Both the position numbers and the translations under genes were made by a program. The notes under the pieces were generated by a model that ran no database searches, had not been told where the DNA came from, and saw nothing but the letters and a program-made list of their open reading frames with translations. A DNA stretch of 55,703 nucleotides. It comes from a virus. Lineage: Duplodnaviria > Caudoviricetes. Shown here piece by piece: positions 46,813 to 55,703 of the stretch; the first letter of the stretch is position 1, and each line of letters starts with the position of its first letter. Location of the stretch: the IMG/VR virus record IMGVR_UViG_3300012665_000794, positions 1-55,703 of that record. One strand, given 5' to 3'.

Positions 46813-48361
46813 CTGTCCGCTGTATCCACTCTTCGATCGTCCAAAATGGAGCGACAAGATCCCTATAACGGGCTTCGTTGATATTTAGCACCTTTTCGCC
46901 TATTGGCAAGGCTTTTTTATGAATATTTGCTAAGGTAGCACTATCAAATATTTTTAGACCTTGTAAAACCATTAACCATGCAGTAGGACTATATCCGTGC
47001 AACCACGGTTCCCCCTTGGTTCCGTTAAAATATTCAGCCCAGTCGTTTAACTTTGCTTTAAGACTTTCGGGAATTCTAAACTCGTCATTGCCGTGACTTT
47101 TCCAAAAATCTGTATCTCTTCTATGGCCTCGATAATGTAATGCAAGAAAGTCTTTAATATCTTCAGTGATATTCCAAACACGCAAATTAAATCTTTCAAT
47201 CCTTTCTCTTCTTAATAATTCAGTATGAGGCTTCCAGTGATCTTGTAAACAATACAAACTTTCGATAATAACTGCTACACCGTTGGCTTCTAACGGCTCT
47301 AAAAATCCGCTACTTAACCCAATAGCTATGACATTATTTCTCCATGCGTTTTTCATCATTCCGGGAGTAAATTGAAAATTTGCTATAGGTTCGATGTGCT
47401 CTCCAAATTCTTGACGTGCTTCATCTAAGGCTTGATCTAATGTCAAGTGATCTGGATCATAGATGTAACCATTACCGGATCTATGTCTAAGATTAATATT
47501 CCATGACCACCCATATTTCATTGCAGTGGCGTTAGTGGTAACACAATAACAAGGTTTGTCCCACCATGCTACAACTGCTCGGGCGGGAAAGTAATTAGAA
47601 TAATCGATGATCGGTTCTTTTAAAACTTTCCCTAACAATAATCTAGCAAAACCAGAACAATCAAAAAACCAATCAGCTGATAAAGACATACCTTCTTCTA
47701 AATTAATTGCTGCTATGTCGCCGTTGTCTTTTAATGTAGAATGTGTATATACTCCTTCAATTAATTTAATTCCTCTTGAAAGAGCAATACTTTTAAAATA
47801 TGCTGCTGCACCTCTGCTTTCAAAATGCCACATAGGCACACATGGTAGTTCAGATTCAGCACCAAAAGGAACTTTTTGATTTTTTATAAATTGTGTGGCA
47901 TAAAATGCATTCGTCAACGGAATATCATTAGCAATTATTGTTTTTAAATATATGTCCTTGGTATGCTCGTTATTCATTATTGAATACATTGAACCAATGC
48001 TAAGTTCTTCCTCTGGAGCAGATTTAACATAATCTTCCCAACCGTCTAACCATGGAGCATGGTCAGTCTGAAGAGCATGTATAAATTCAGTGCCCACCCC
48101 ATTCCAGTTTTTAAAATAACCGCCTACCTTTGGAGTAGCATTTACATTTTTAATAAAATCATTAATATCGATTTTTAAATTTTTAAGAAGTGTAACAAAT
48201 GTAGTGGTTCCACTTTCGCCTGCTATAATTGGAGGTTGATTAGGATTCTCAACTACAACAACATCAACTTCAGGAAAATATCTATCAACAAATAGAGCAG
48301 TGAGCCAACCTGCGGTGCCGCCTCCTAATATAACTGCTTTAGAATTTGTATTGGACTTCAT
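46808..48361 (-). CDS. Flavin-dependent tryptophan halogenase-family protein 4 (divergent)
   Basis: GGGTAG, GESG, ATPK, DCSGF, WSWNIN and FLEPLEA. Confidence 0.85.
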   Translation of the reverse strand: MKSNTNSKAVILGGGTAGWLTALFVDRYFPEVDVVVVENPNQPPIIAGESGTTTFVTLLKNLKIDINDFIKNVNATPKVGGYFKNWNGVGTEFIHALQTDHAPWLDGWEDYVKSAPEEELSIGSMYSIMNNEHTKDIYLKTIIANDIPLTNAFYATQFIKNQKVPFGAESELPCVPMWHFESRGAAAYFKSIALSRGIKLIEGVYTHSTLKDNGDIAAINLEEGMSLSADWFFDCSGFARLLLGKVLKEPIIDYSNYFPARAVVAWWDKPCYCVTTNATAMKYGWSWNINLRHRSGNGYIYDPDHLTLDQALDEARQEFGEHIEPIANFQFTPGMMKNAWRNNVIAIGLSSGFLEPLEANGVAVIIESLYCLQDHWKPHTELLRRERIERFNLRVWNITEDIKDFLALHYRGHRRDTDFWKSHGNDEFRIPESLKAKLNDWAEYFNGTKGEPWLHGYSPTAWLMVLQGLKIFDSATLANIHKKALPIGEKVLNINEARYRDLVAPFWTIEEWIQRTA

Positions 48362-49847
48362 TGAATCTTTCCTTTAGTCTATTAATAGATTGTCTGTGAG
48401 AAAATACATCAACTTCTAAATTTTCTGTTTGTTTAGCAAATTTAATATTTTCTAAAGATAATTCGGTATATCTTTGCATGTGCTTATCATACTTTTCTTT
48501 GATGCTTGTGTGATTAAACATTCTTAATCCGTGCATGACTTGTGCATAATTTAAATGACTGAATAATAGTAATGGAACATTAAAGTGATAAACATTAGGA
48601 AAGGATTTTTTAAAATATTCCAAATATTCTCTATTAAAATCTGTTTTAACTATTTCATTTTTACACCAGCGCCAAAACTCGGTGTCATCTCTTTGAGTAA
48701 AATAATGTAACTGAATAAAATCTACAATATTCAAAGCGATTGCCGACATCTGCTCATTGTATTTTTTTGCAGTAATGTCTTCGCCCTTTTCATAAAAAAA
48801 TAAAGCTGGAGTTAAAATAAAACATTGTTGTATAGTGGTTCCTATACTAGATGCTTCTAATGGCTCAACAAATATGCCGCTTAGTCCTACCTGGACACAA
48901 TTTTTAATCCAGAATTCTTTAACATATCCAGCACCAAACTTTACTCGTTTACCTATTTTTAGTTCATCTGTTATATTAAGATTTTCTTTGTAATGAGCAG
49001 AGACTTCAGCATAGGCTTGGTCCTCATTTATAAACTCATCACAAAATACATATCCGTTACCGTATCTTTCTTGAGTAGGTATGCGCCATACCCAACCACT
49101 GCCAAGCGCAGTGGCTTCTGTATATGAAGGGATGTCTTCTGTATACCCAGTAGGAAATGCAATAGCAGAATTCATTGGTAATTGTTTAGTGCAATCTACC
49201 CACTGTGTTCCTAGAGCTGTGCCTATCACACGTCTAAATCCGCTGCAATCTATATAGAAATCATATTCGTGGATATTACCTTGCTTGTCTTTTAACTCTT
49301 TAACATGACCTTGATTGTCTAAAATTACTTGTTCTACCTCAGTGTCTACAAAATTTATATTTCGTTCTCGACATTTTTTATGTAAAAACTCGTTTAACTT
49401 AAAAGTATCAAAGTGATATTGTGCTAGAATATCATGTAATGGTTCTGTATGATAACTTTTTTGACTCAAACTCCACGATGTGTCTAAAGGGTCATAATTT
49501 TCCCCAGTCATATAAATCCAAGTAACCGGTAACCCGCTTTCTTTAGAATGGTGTCCAAACTGTTCACTTAAACTATGAAAATAGTGAGTTCCGTCGCCGT
49601 GCCAATTGGTAAATTTAATTCCAACTTTATAAGTAGCTCCGCATTCTCTCATCAATTCCGGAACAGAAATACCTACGTGATCGATGAATTTTTTCCAATG
49701 CTCTGTGCTGCCTTCGCCAACGCCTATAATTCCAATTTGGCTAGATTCGATCACTGTGATTTTTAATTCAGGCCACGAGTGTCTCAACATTAGTGCTGAG
49801 ACTAGACCACTGGTTCCACCGCCTACAATACATAATGAATCAATCAT
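48339..49847 (-). CDS. Flavin-dependent tryptophan halogenase-family protein 3
   Basis: GGGTSG, IGVGEGS, ATYK, IDCSGF, WVWRIP and FVEPLEA. Confidence 0.9.
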   Translation of the reverse strand: MIDSLCIVGGGTSGLVSALMLRHSWPELKITVIESSQIGIIGVGEGSTEHWKKFIDHVGISVPELMRECGATYKVGIKFTNWHGDGTHYFHSLSEQFGHHSKESGLPVTWIYMTGENYDPLDTSWSLSQKSYHTEPLHDILAQYHFDTFKLNEFLHKKCRERNINFVDTEVEQVILDNQGHVKELKDKQGNIHEYDFYIDCSGFRRVIGTALGTQWVDCTKQLPMNSAIAFPTGYTEDIPSYTEATALGSGWVWRIPTQERYGNGYVFCDEFINEDQAYAEVSAHYKENLNITDELKIGKRVKFGAGYVKEFWIKNCVQVGLSGIFVEPLEASSIGTTIQQCFILTPALFFYEKGEDITAKKYNEQMSAIALNIVDFIQLHYFTQRDDTEFWRWCKNEIVKTDFNREYLEYFKKSFPNVYHFNVPLLLFSHLNYAQVMHGLRMFNHTSIKEKYDKHMQRYTELSLENIKFAKQTENLEVDVFSHRQSINRLKERFNEVQYKF

Positions 49848-51343
49848 AATTTATAACTAACCTCAACATTACTCATTTTTTTAATATGATTAACAGCCTC
49901 TCTACAGGTCATCCACCCCCGAGTCGGCTCAGTTTCTATTTGAAGTAACATCTCTTCGTCATCTTTTCTAAATCGACTGTAGTATTTTTCATATCTTGCT
50001 TTAATACTAGCTGTGTCGAACATTCTTAATCCATGCATAACTTGTATCCAATTAAGACAATCATAGATTCTAAAATTACTCATTAATCCGTCTTCGGGCA
50101 ATATTATTTGATTTACAAAATTTTTCTTAAAATTTTCAAGATTTTCCTTGTTAAAATCAGTCATTGTCATTTCATTTTTACACCAACGCCAAAACTCAGT
50201 ATCATTGCGTTCGGTGAAATAATGTAACTGTATAAAATCTAAAATATTTGACATCATATCATCGACTATTCTGTTATACTCTTTGATAGTTCCGGTATCT
50301 TCTCGATCCCAGTTCCATAAAGAACCTGTCAAGAGTTGTAATTGTTTTATAGTTGTTGATATACTAGATGCTTCTAACGGTTCAACAAAATTACTGCTCA
50401 ATCCAATAGATACACAATTTTTAATCCATGCCTGATTAACTTTGCCTGAAACATAATTAATTTTTCTGCCAATTTTTATAGTATCTTTAAAATGTTTTTG
50501 TATCTCGTCTACAGCCTGCTGTTCGGAAATAAAATTATCACTGAATACATAACCGTTGCCGAATCTATCCTGCACAGGACTGCGCCAATGCCAACCTGCA
50601 TCCATAGCTTTGGCTAAAGTATATGGCGGTATCTCTTCTTCATAAGATGTTTGAAAAGCAATAGCAGAATTTAAAGGTAGATATTTTGACCAGTCAACCC
50701 AAGCTGCACCTAGCTTAGAAGCTATTACACGTTTAAATCCGCTGCTGTCAATAAAAAAATCTGCAGAATAACTAGTGCCATGGTCGTCAATAATTGACGT
50801 AACAAACCCATCATTGTCGATTATAGGATTTGTTATTTCTGCTTCGATAATTTGAATACCTAACATATTGCATTTTTTTTCTAAAAACGCATTTAATTTT
50901 TCACTATCGAAATGAAACTGATAATAATCTGTTAACGGTTCCCTTAAATATCCTTGCATTGTAAGATCCCAATGCAATTTTCCAGGCGGAATTCCGTCAC
51001 CAATCAACCGCATCATAGTATACGGAGCCCCAGAATATTGATCCATCCATAATAAAAATTCTGGAAGACTATGAAAATAACTGGTGCCATCTCCGTGCCA
51101 GTTTTCAAATTTAATTCCAATCTTAATAGTAGCACCACATTCATTAATTAATTCTGCCATACTAATTCCAACAGCTTGAGCAAATCTTGTCCAGTGCTCG
51201 GTGCTGCCTTCACCGACACCGATAGTGCCAATTTTTTTAGATTTAATAAGCCTAATTGCTAAAGATGGAAGGGCTGTTTTCAAATACAAAGCAGACATTA
51301 GTCCTGCATTGCCACCTCCTAATACTATAACATCGTTAATCAT
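49844..51343 (-). CDS. Flavin-dependent tryptophan halogenase-family protein 2
   Basis: GGGNAG, IGVGEGS, ATIK, IDSSGF, WHWRSP and FVEPLEA. Confidence 0.9.
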   Translation of the reverse strand: MINDVIVLGGGNAGLMSALYLKTALPSLAIRLIKSKKIGTIGVGEGSTEHWTRFAQAVGISMAELINECGATIKIGIKFENWHGDGTSYFHSLPEFLLWMDQYSGAPYTMMRLIGDGIPPGKLHWDLTMQGYLREPLTDYYQFHFDSEKLNAFLEKKCNMLGIQIIEAEITNPIIDNDGFVTSIIDDHGTSYSADFFIDSSGFKRVIASKLGAAWVDWSKYLPLNSAIAFQTSYEEEIPPYTLAKAMDAGWHWRSPVQDRFGNGYVFSDNFISEQQAVDEIQKHFKDTIKIGRKINYVSGKVNQAWIKNCVSIGLSSNFVEPLEASSISTTIKQLQLLTGSLWNWDREDTGTIKEYNRIVDDMMSNILDFIQLHYFTERNDTEFWRWCKNEMTMTDFNKENLENFKKNFVNQIILPEDGLMSNFRIYDCLNWIQVMHGLRMFDTASIKARYEKYYSRFRKDDEEMLLQIETEPTRGWMTCREAVNHIKKMSNVEVSYKL

Positions 51344-51947
51344 TGATTATCCTTAAGGTTGCTTTTGAATCTGTAGCCAAGTTGTGATTAATTTTGCCAT
51401 TAGGCAAAGTATTAAAACTAATAATATATCTATGCTTGTCACCGAAGTGCGGTAAACTACTATGGTATAACCAGCTAGGAAATAAAACTAGTTTACCCGG
51501 TTCTGGATTTATTCTGTAAAAAGGATTATAGTCAAATCTTAATACTTCTAATTGAGCTTGTGTTCTATGTATAACTGGATCTTCAAACTCAGTGGGTGAT
51601 CCTTCACTGAGATAATAAACCGCACTCCACATACTCATTGAATGCCTATGCACGTTTTGATACATTTGATAATTTGCAAGAGCTACATTAAACCAACTAT
51701 TGGTGATTTCTAAACTATCACAGTCATATTTCATATGCTCTTTGACAGAATTTAAACATTGATTAAACCAAGCAAACAATTCTTTAAATTCTGGATGACT
51801 TCTAAGATCCACAATCATACTAAGGGTAGAAGTTTTTTTAATTTTTATATTATCTAACTTGTCTAATTCTGCAATTAGCCGTTGATTATCAACGTCGGTA
51901 TTTTTAAAAACAAAAACTTCGGTGGGAAATAACTCTAATACTTCCAT
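51336..51947 (-). CDS. 2OG-Fe(II) oxygenase, TIGR02466-like
   Basis: ATG in a TAATG overlap at 51947. SWFN, HRH, SAVYY, FPSWLYH and RYIISFN. Confidence 0.8.
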   Translation of the reverse strand: MEVLELFPTEVFVFKNTDVDNQRLIAELDKLDNIKIKKTSTLSMIVDLRSHPEFKELFAWFNQCLNSVKEHMKYDCDSLEITNSWFNVALANYQMYQNVHRHSMSMWSAVYYLSEGSPTEFEDPVIHRTQAQLEVLRFDYNPFYRINPEPGKLVLFPSWLYHSSLPHFGDKHRYIISFNTLPNGKINHNLATDSKATLRIIND

Positions 51948-52525
51948 TAGAACTCTACCCAACCTGTAAGGAGATATTTTTCACCACTTAGCGGAGGATT
52001 TCCCCTATGGGTATGTGTAAAACCCGCAGGCCAAATAACCAGTGTGCCCTGTGTTGCTGGAATTCTTACTCCTTGGTATAGGAATTCTGTTTCCCCGCCC
52101 TGCTCAATAGTATTAAGATACAATCCCCAAGATAATACTCGACCTGATCTTTCTAGGCTATCTGACTCAAAATGCCAAACATGATACCCTTGTCCGGGCA
52201 GTGTTTTTTGTAGTTTCATCATTCGAACTTGATGTTTGCTAGCTTCGGATAGTATGCTGTAATGTTCTATATATTGATTATAACAGCTCCAAAAACGTTC
52301 CATAAAATAAGTAATAAAACTTGTATCTGGAGTAAATCTCAAACTCTGTTGCTCTAAAACAAACACTGCCCTGTCGCTTTTTTTATGTCCAGGAGCATCG
52401 CCTATTTGAAGACGACTATAACTGAGATTTAGGGCGGCCATGTTTTCATAGTGATCTATGAGAACTTGGCATTCCGTGGGGGTCATTATGCCGTCAAACA
52501 CGGCAATGTCTTTGTTTAAATCCAT
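51947..52525 (-). CDS. Prolyl 4-hydroxylase-like 2OG-Fe(II) oxygenase
   Basis: GYHVWHFE, YLN...GGETEF, WPA.FTHTHRGNPP..GEKY. Confidence 0.85.
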   Translation of the reverse strand: MDLNKDIAVFDGIMTPTECQVLIDHYENMAALNLSYSRLQIGDAPGHKKSDRAVFVLEQQSLRFTPDTSFITYFMERFWSCYNQYIEHYSILSEASKHQVRMMKLQKTLPGQGYHVWHFESDSLERSGRVLSWGLYLNTIEQGGETEFLYQGVRIPATQGTLVIWPAGFTHTHRGNPPLSGEKYLLTGWVEF

Positions 52526-52545
52526 GGTTAAAATATCCTGTAGGG

Positions 52546-52553
52546 TATTTATG
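52546..52553 (-). promoter_or_regulatory. Late promoter-like motif CATAAATA heading the minus-strand enzyme operon
   Basis: 20 nt upstream of the ATG at 52525, with an AGGA SD in between. Confidence 0.6.
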
Positions 52554-52602
52554 TGTGTAGTTTTTAGCTGTGTGCAAACTAGAACACCGTTTTTAACTCC
52601 GC

Positions 52603-52610
52603 GATAAATA
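52603..52610 (+). promoter_or_regulatory. Late promoter-like motif GATAAATA
   Basis: Divergent partner upstream of 52634. Confidence 0.55.
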
Positions 52611-52633
52611 TATAATCATAATGGATTCCAAAC

Positions 52634-54022
52634 ATGGCGACAGATCGTAACCCTATTCTAGACAGCGTAAGAATAATACCCAGAGAACAAGCATTCTTAG
52701 ATAGAAAGTTGGGCTCTCGCGGTGAGATCTTTTACGACCGAGAAGACAATGCTCTAAGACTTTTTGACGGGGTCGAACCCGGAGGGTTTGCCCTTCTAAG
52801 AGCAGACCTAACCAACGTAGAAGGCGTAATTGGAGCGCAGCCTAGCGCCACAGTTCCACCTATTGCTCAAATTGGAGCTATGTGGTTTAACACCACAAAC
52901 GGCAGATTGTTTGTTTATTACAACGATGGCAATAGCAATCAGTGGGTTCAACCCACTTCAAGTTTTTACAATCAGCAGGGAACGCCTGCTGCCCTGGCAT
53001 TTCCTAGCTCACCAACAGTTGGGCAAATAGTTACCAACGGTGTAGACACTTGGGAATGGTCTGGAACATATTGGGGTATCAAGAGTCAAACTGGCCTAAC
53101 ATTAACAGATCTTACAGTATCAAATGTTATCAACGGTCAAGTAGACGATATTACAAATCATCAGTTATCTGATCTAAGCGATGTTGGTGCCACAGCAGGT
53201 GCTGCCAATGGCGATGTTTTAGCTTATAATACTGCACAGCAACAGTGGTCGCCTATAACTTTATCATCGACATTCAATGGTGGAACAATTAGTAATCCAT
53301 TGTTTGTAAACAACAATACTGCCAGCACTTCATCAGTTACTGGCGCAGTAAGAGTTTTAGGCGGTGTGGGTATTGGTGGAGATTTATTTGTTGGCACAAA
53401 TATTAATGCTAGATTTAGAGGCGAAATACGATTCTGGGACAATGATAATACACAACATATCGGCTTCCGAGCACCAACTAACGTAACAACAAATACCGTT
53501 TGGACATTACCTGCCACAGACGGCACAATAGGTCAAGTGTTGACCACAAACGGATCTGGAACATTAAGCTGGGCCACAGTAACTGGAGGCGGTGGGGGCG
53601 GAGCATCGAATCCCCCAGGCGGTTCAGACGGCAACATTCAGTTTAACAATAATGGTGTATTTGGTGGCACAGCTAATCTAGTATGGGATAATGCTACAGA
53701 TACATTAGGAACATTTGAATTATATGTAAATTCAACAACAACTAGCACATCGCCTACAACTGGTTCAGTTATTGTAGACGGTGGAGTAGGTATTGGTGGA
53801 AGATTAAATGTTGGAGCTCAAACAAAAATCACTGACAGCACAGCTTCGACATCAACAACTACCGGAGCCTTTGTAGTAACTGGAGGCGCTGCCGTAGGAG
53901 GCAGTGTTCATGTTGGCGGAGATGTAAATATAGCAACAAGCCCAACACAACCAAATCATGCAGCAAATAAATCTTATGTAGATTCAAAAGCATTAGCATT
54001 TTCAATGGCATTCGGAGTTTGA
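52634..54022 (+). CDS. Tail fibre-like protein
   Basis: GAMWFNT..G.LFVYY.DG.S.QWV, LSDLSDV, TLPATDG..GQVLTTNGSG.LSW, repeated STSTTTGA.VV.GGVGIGG, and AANKSYVD. Confidence 0.7.
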   Translation: MATDRNPILDSVRIIPREQAFLDRKLGSRGEIFYDREDNALRLFDGVEPGGFALLRADLTNVEGVIGAQPSATVPPIAQIGAMWFNTTNGRLFVYYNDGNSNQWVQPTSSFYNQQGTPAALAFPSSPTVGQIVTNGVDTWEWSGTYWGIKSQTGLTLTDLTVSNVINGQVDDITNHQLSDLSDVGATAGAANGDVLAYNTAQQQWSPITLSSTFNGGTISNPLFVNNNTASTSSVTGAVRVLGGVGIGGDLFVGTNINARFRGEIRFWDNDNTQHIGFRAPTNVTTNTVWTLPATDGTIGQVLTTNGSGTLSWATVTGGGGGGASNPPGGSDGNIQFNNNGVFGGTANLVWDNATDTLGTFELYVNSTTTSTSPTTGSVIVDGGVGIGGRLNVGAQTKITDSTASTSTTTGAFVVTGGAAVGGSVHVGGDVNIATSPTQPNHAANKSYVDSKALAFSMAFGV

Positions 54023-54033
54023 GGAAAAATTAA

Positions 54034-55703
54034 ATGGCAAAAAAATTAGTTAAAAATTATGTTTTTACACCTGGTAGAGGTCTAACCTATAACGCTTATC
54101 CAGATGCATGGCAAGCAATACACAATAATCGAGAATTTATTCTCAGCGAAATCACATCTTTCAATACCAATCAGGTTGCCGACGCTACTAAATGTGCTAG
54201 AGACTTAGGATACATCATCGATGCATCTGTGTTTGACATGGCTCTTAACACAAATTACAACGCTATTTTCCAAGGGCTTGCAGAATATAATTCAGATTAT
54301 ATTTCTGGAACAGTTATTAGAACTATTCAGCGTGTCAGAGATGACATGTTAACTAGATCGGGTATTTCGGGTGTTGCTACTCCAACAACAAGATTGACCA
54401 GTTACTATAATGAGATTGTGGATATTGCACAAAACGGTAGAACTGCTGCCGATGCTCATATTTTTACAAACCCCTCATTGGGAGTAACTACTAGTCAAAT
54501 TGCTGCCAAAGATAAACTTGTAGCCAACGTTAATTTTATTGCTGCAGAAATCAATGCATGGGTAGCTGCTAACTATCCTGGATCAGATCATGACCCTGTA
54601 AAATGTTCTCGAGATGTCAAGTATGCAGTGTATTCTTTTGCCTATGATATTTTATACGGCGGCAACTCTGCTACCTATGACAATGCAAGATTCTTCTTTT
54701 ACTTTGATCCAGCACTAAATCCTGGTATCGATCCTACACATAAGGCACAGACTGTTTCTGCCTACGACTATCTAGCACAGATTTTAAGTCAGATTGTGCA
54801 GGGAACTTCAATTACCAAAAGTGCAGGAAATGCATTAACACAGGTAACATCTGGAAATAATGCTGGATCTACAGATGCAACTGCTGTTTATAATCTAGCT
54901 ATTGTTATCAAAGATGTTATCAACAATGGAACTAGTTCATTACCAGGCACAAGAACTGCACCTACACTATCATCATTAGGAGTGTCGTCTGAATTACTCA
55001 CGGCCGCAACAGCAATTGGCAACGCCAAAGCGGCAGTTATTGAAACAGCAAATGGATTTGCTGGATACGTGTTTAACGCAGCAAAGTGTCGCAGAGACTC
55101 TGGTTATGTTATTGATGCGTTATTAAGTGATTTAAGATACGGCGGCAATGAAGAAATTCGCAGAGTGTCTTCAAGATATTGGAATGGAACAACTCCTCAA
55201 ATTGACGGCAGCAGACTGCCAGAATACGAAACATACTTGTTTGTGACAGATCTTTTAAATGACTTTGTCATTGACAATCTTGCTGTGGAAAGAGTGCAAC
55301 AAACAGAAGAAGAGCAAGTCATTGACACAGATTTAAATGGTGAAGCAGCTTCTAAGACCAGAGTGACTGCTTTATTAGACATTGTGGTTGATGTGATCAC
55401 AACCGGACTATCAGTGTTACCCGCAGAAGATGTTCAACTTGCTCGTATTGCAGTGCTAGGTAAAATTGAATTAGAAGATTTATTATTAATCAGCAACGTT
55501 ACCACCAACACAGTGATGTATAACTTTGCTGACCCAGAGAAAGGCGGAACAGTATATTTTATTGACGGAGACACAGCAGACTATCCTGCTGCTAAACAGG
55601 TCAGTAACGGTGTTACTTATATCAGAGTAAAAACTGATTGTTTCTCAATGTCAGCGGCAGATGCTATTCAAGTATTTTTAGAAAATACTGAATTAAAAGT
55701 TCG
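54034..55703 (+). CDS. Large virion structural protein with CxRD helical repeats, 3'-truncated (absent from the ORF track)
   Basis: ATG at 54034 after GAGG. Open to the window end (MAKKLVKNYVFTPG...). KCARDLGY at 54190, KCSRDVKY at 54601 and KCRRDSGY at 55084. Confidence 0.85.
   Translation, partial: MAKKLVKNYVFTPGRGLTYNAYPDAWQAIHNNREFILSEITSFNTNQVADATKCARDLGYIIDASVFDMALNTNYNAIFQGLAEYNSDYISGTVIRTIQRVRDDMLTRSGISGVATPTTRLTSYYNEIVDIAQNGRTAADAHIFTNPSLGVTTSQIAAKDKLVANVNFIAAEINAWVAANYPGSDHDPVKCSRDVKYAVYSFAYDILYGGNSATYDNARFFFYFDPALNPGIDPTHKAQTVSAYDYLAQILSQIVQGTSITKSAGNALTQVTSGNNAGSTDATAVYNLAIVIKDVINNGTSSLPGTRTAPTLSSLGVSSELLTAATAIGNAKAAVIETANGFAGYVFNAAKCRRDSGYVIDALLSDLRYGGNEEIRRVSSRYWNGTTPQIDGSRLPEYETYLFVTDLLNDFVIDNLAVERVQQTEEEQVIDTDLNGEAASKTRVTALLDIVVDVITTGLSVLPAEDVQLARIAVLGKIELEDLLLISNVTTNTVMYNFADPEKGGTVYFIDGDTADYPAAKQVSNGVTYIRVKTDCFSMSAADAIQVFLENTELKV

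Noticed and set aside
36952-52525. Classical secondary-metabolite or RiPP gene cluster (for example pyrrolnitrin)
   Set aside because: No prnBCD, NRPS/PKS, peptidase, transporter or clear leader-core precursor. The context is phage late genes.
55197-55400. 67-aa minus-strand ORF
   Set aside because: Antisense to the long plus-strand ORF starting at 54034.

Overview
The window is part of the late/structural region of a large T4-like myovirus genome. The host cannot be determined from this sequence. From left to right it contains: (i) Ala/Gly-rich putative internal head proteins, the first truncated by the window edge; (ii) a minus-strand gp26-like baseplate hub gene and a small gp51-like ORF, joined by an in-frame -1 slippery site, transcribed divergently from a probable tape measure gene; (iii) the head module (portal gp20, small and acidic core proteins, an MptE/Maf-like nucleotide-binding protein, protease gp21, scaffold gp22, major capsid gp23) ending at a UUCG terminator; (iv) about 24 kb of virion accessory/fibre genes, including two giant paralogues (1823 and 2630 aa) and three His/Gly-rich paralogues; (v) a 15.6-kb island of two convergent operons encoding 4 tryptophan-halogenase-family flavoenzymes and about 13 2OG-Fe(II)/JmjC oxygenases, each operon headed by a T4-type late promoter motif; (vi) two more fibre/structural genes, the last truncated. 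The most notable signals are the late-promoter halogenase/oxygenase island among fibre genes (possibly a virion-tailoring system), the G/GT-like frameshift, phycobiliprotein-like CxRD repeats in virion proteins, and a structured 5' leader at 17630-17757. All product calls come from motifs read by eye; no database search was run.
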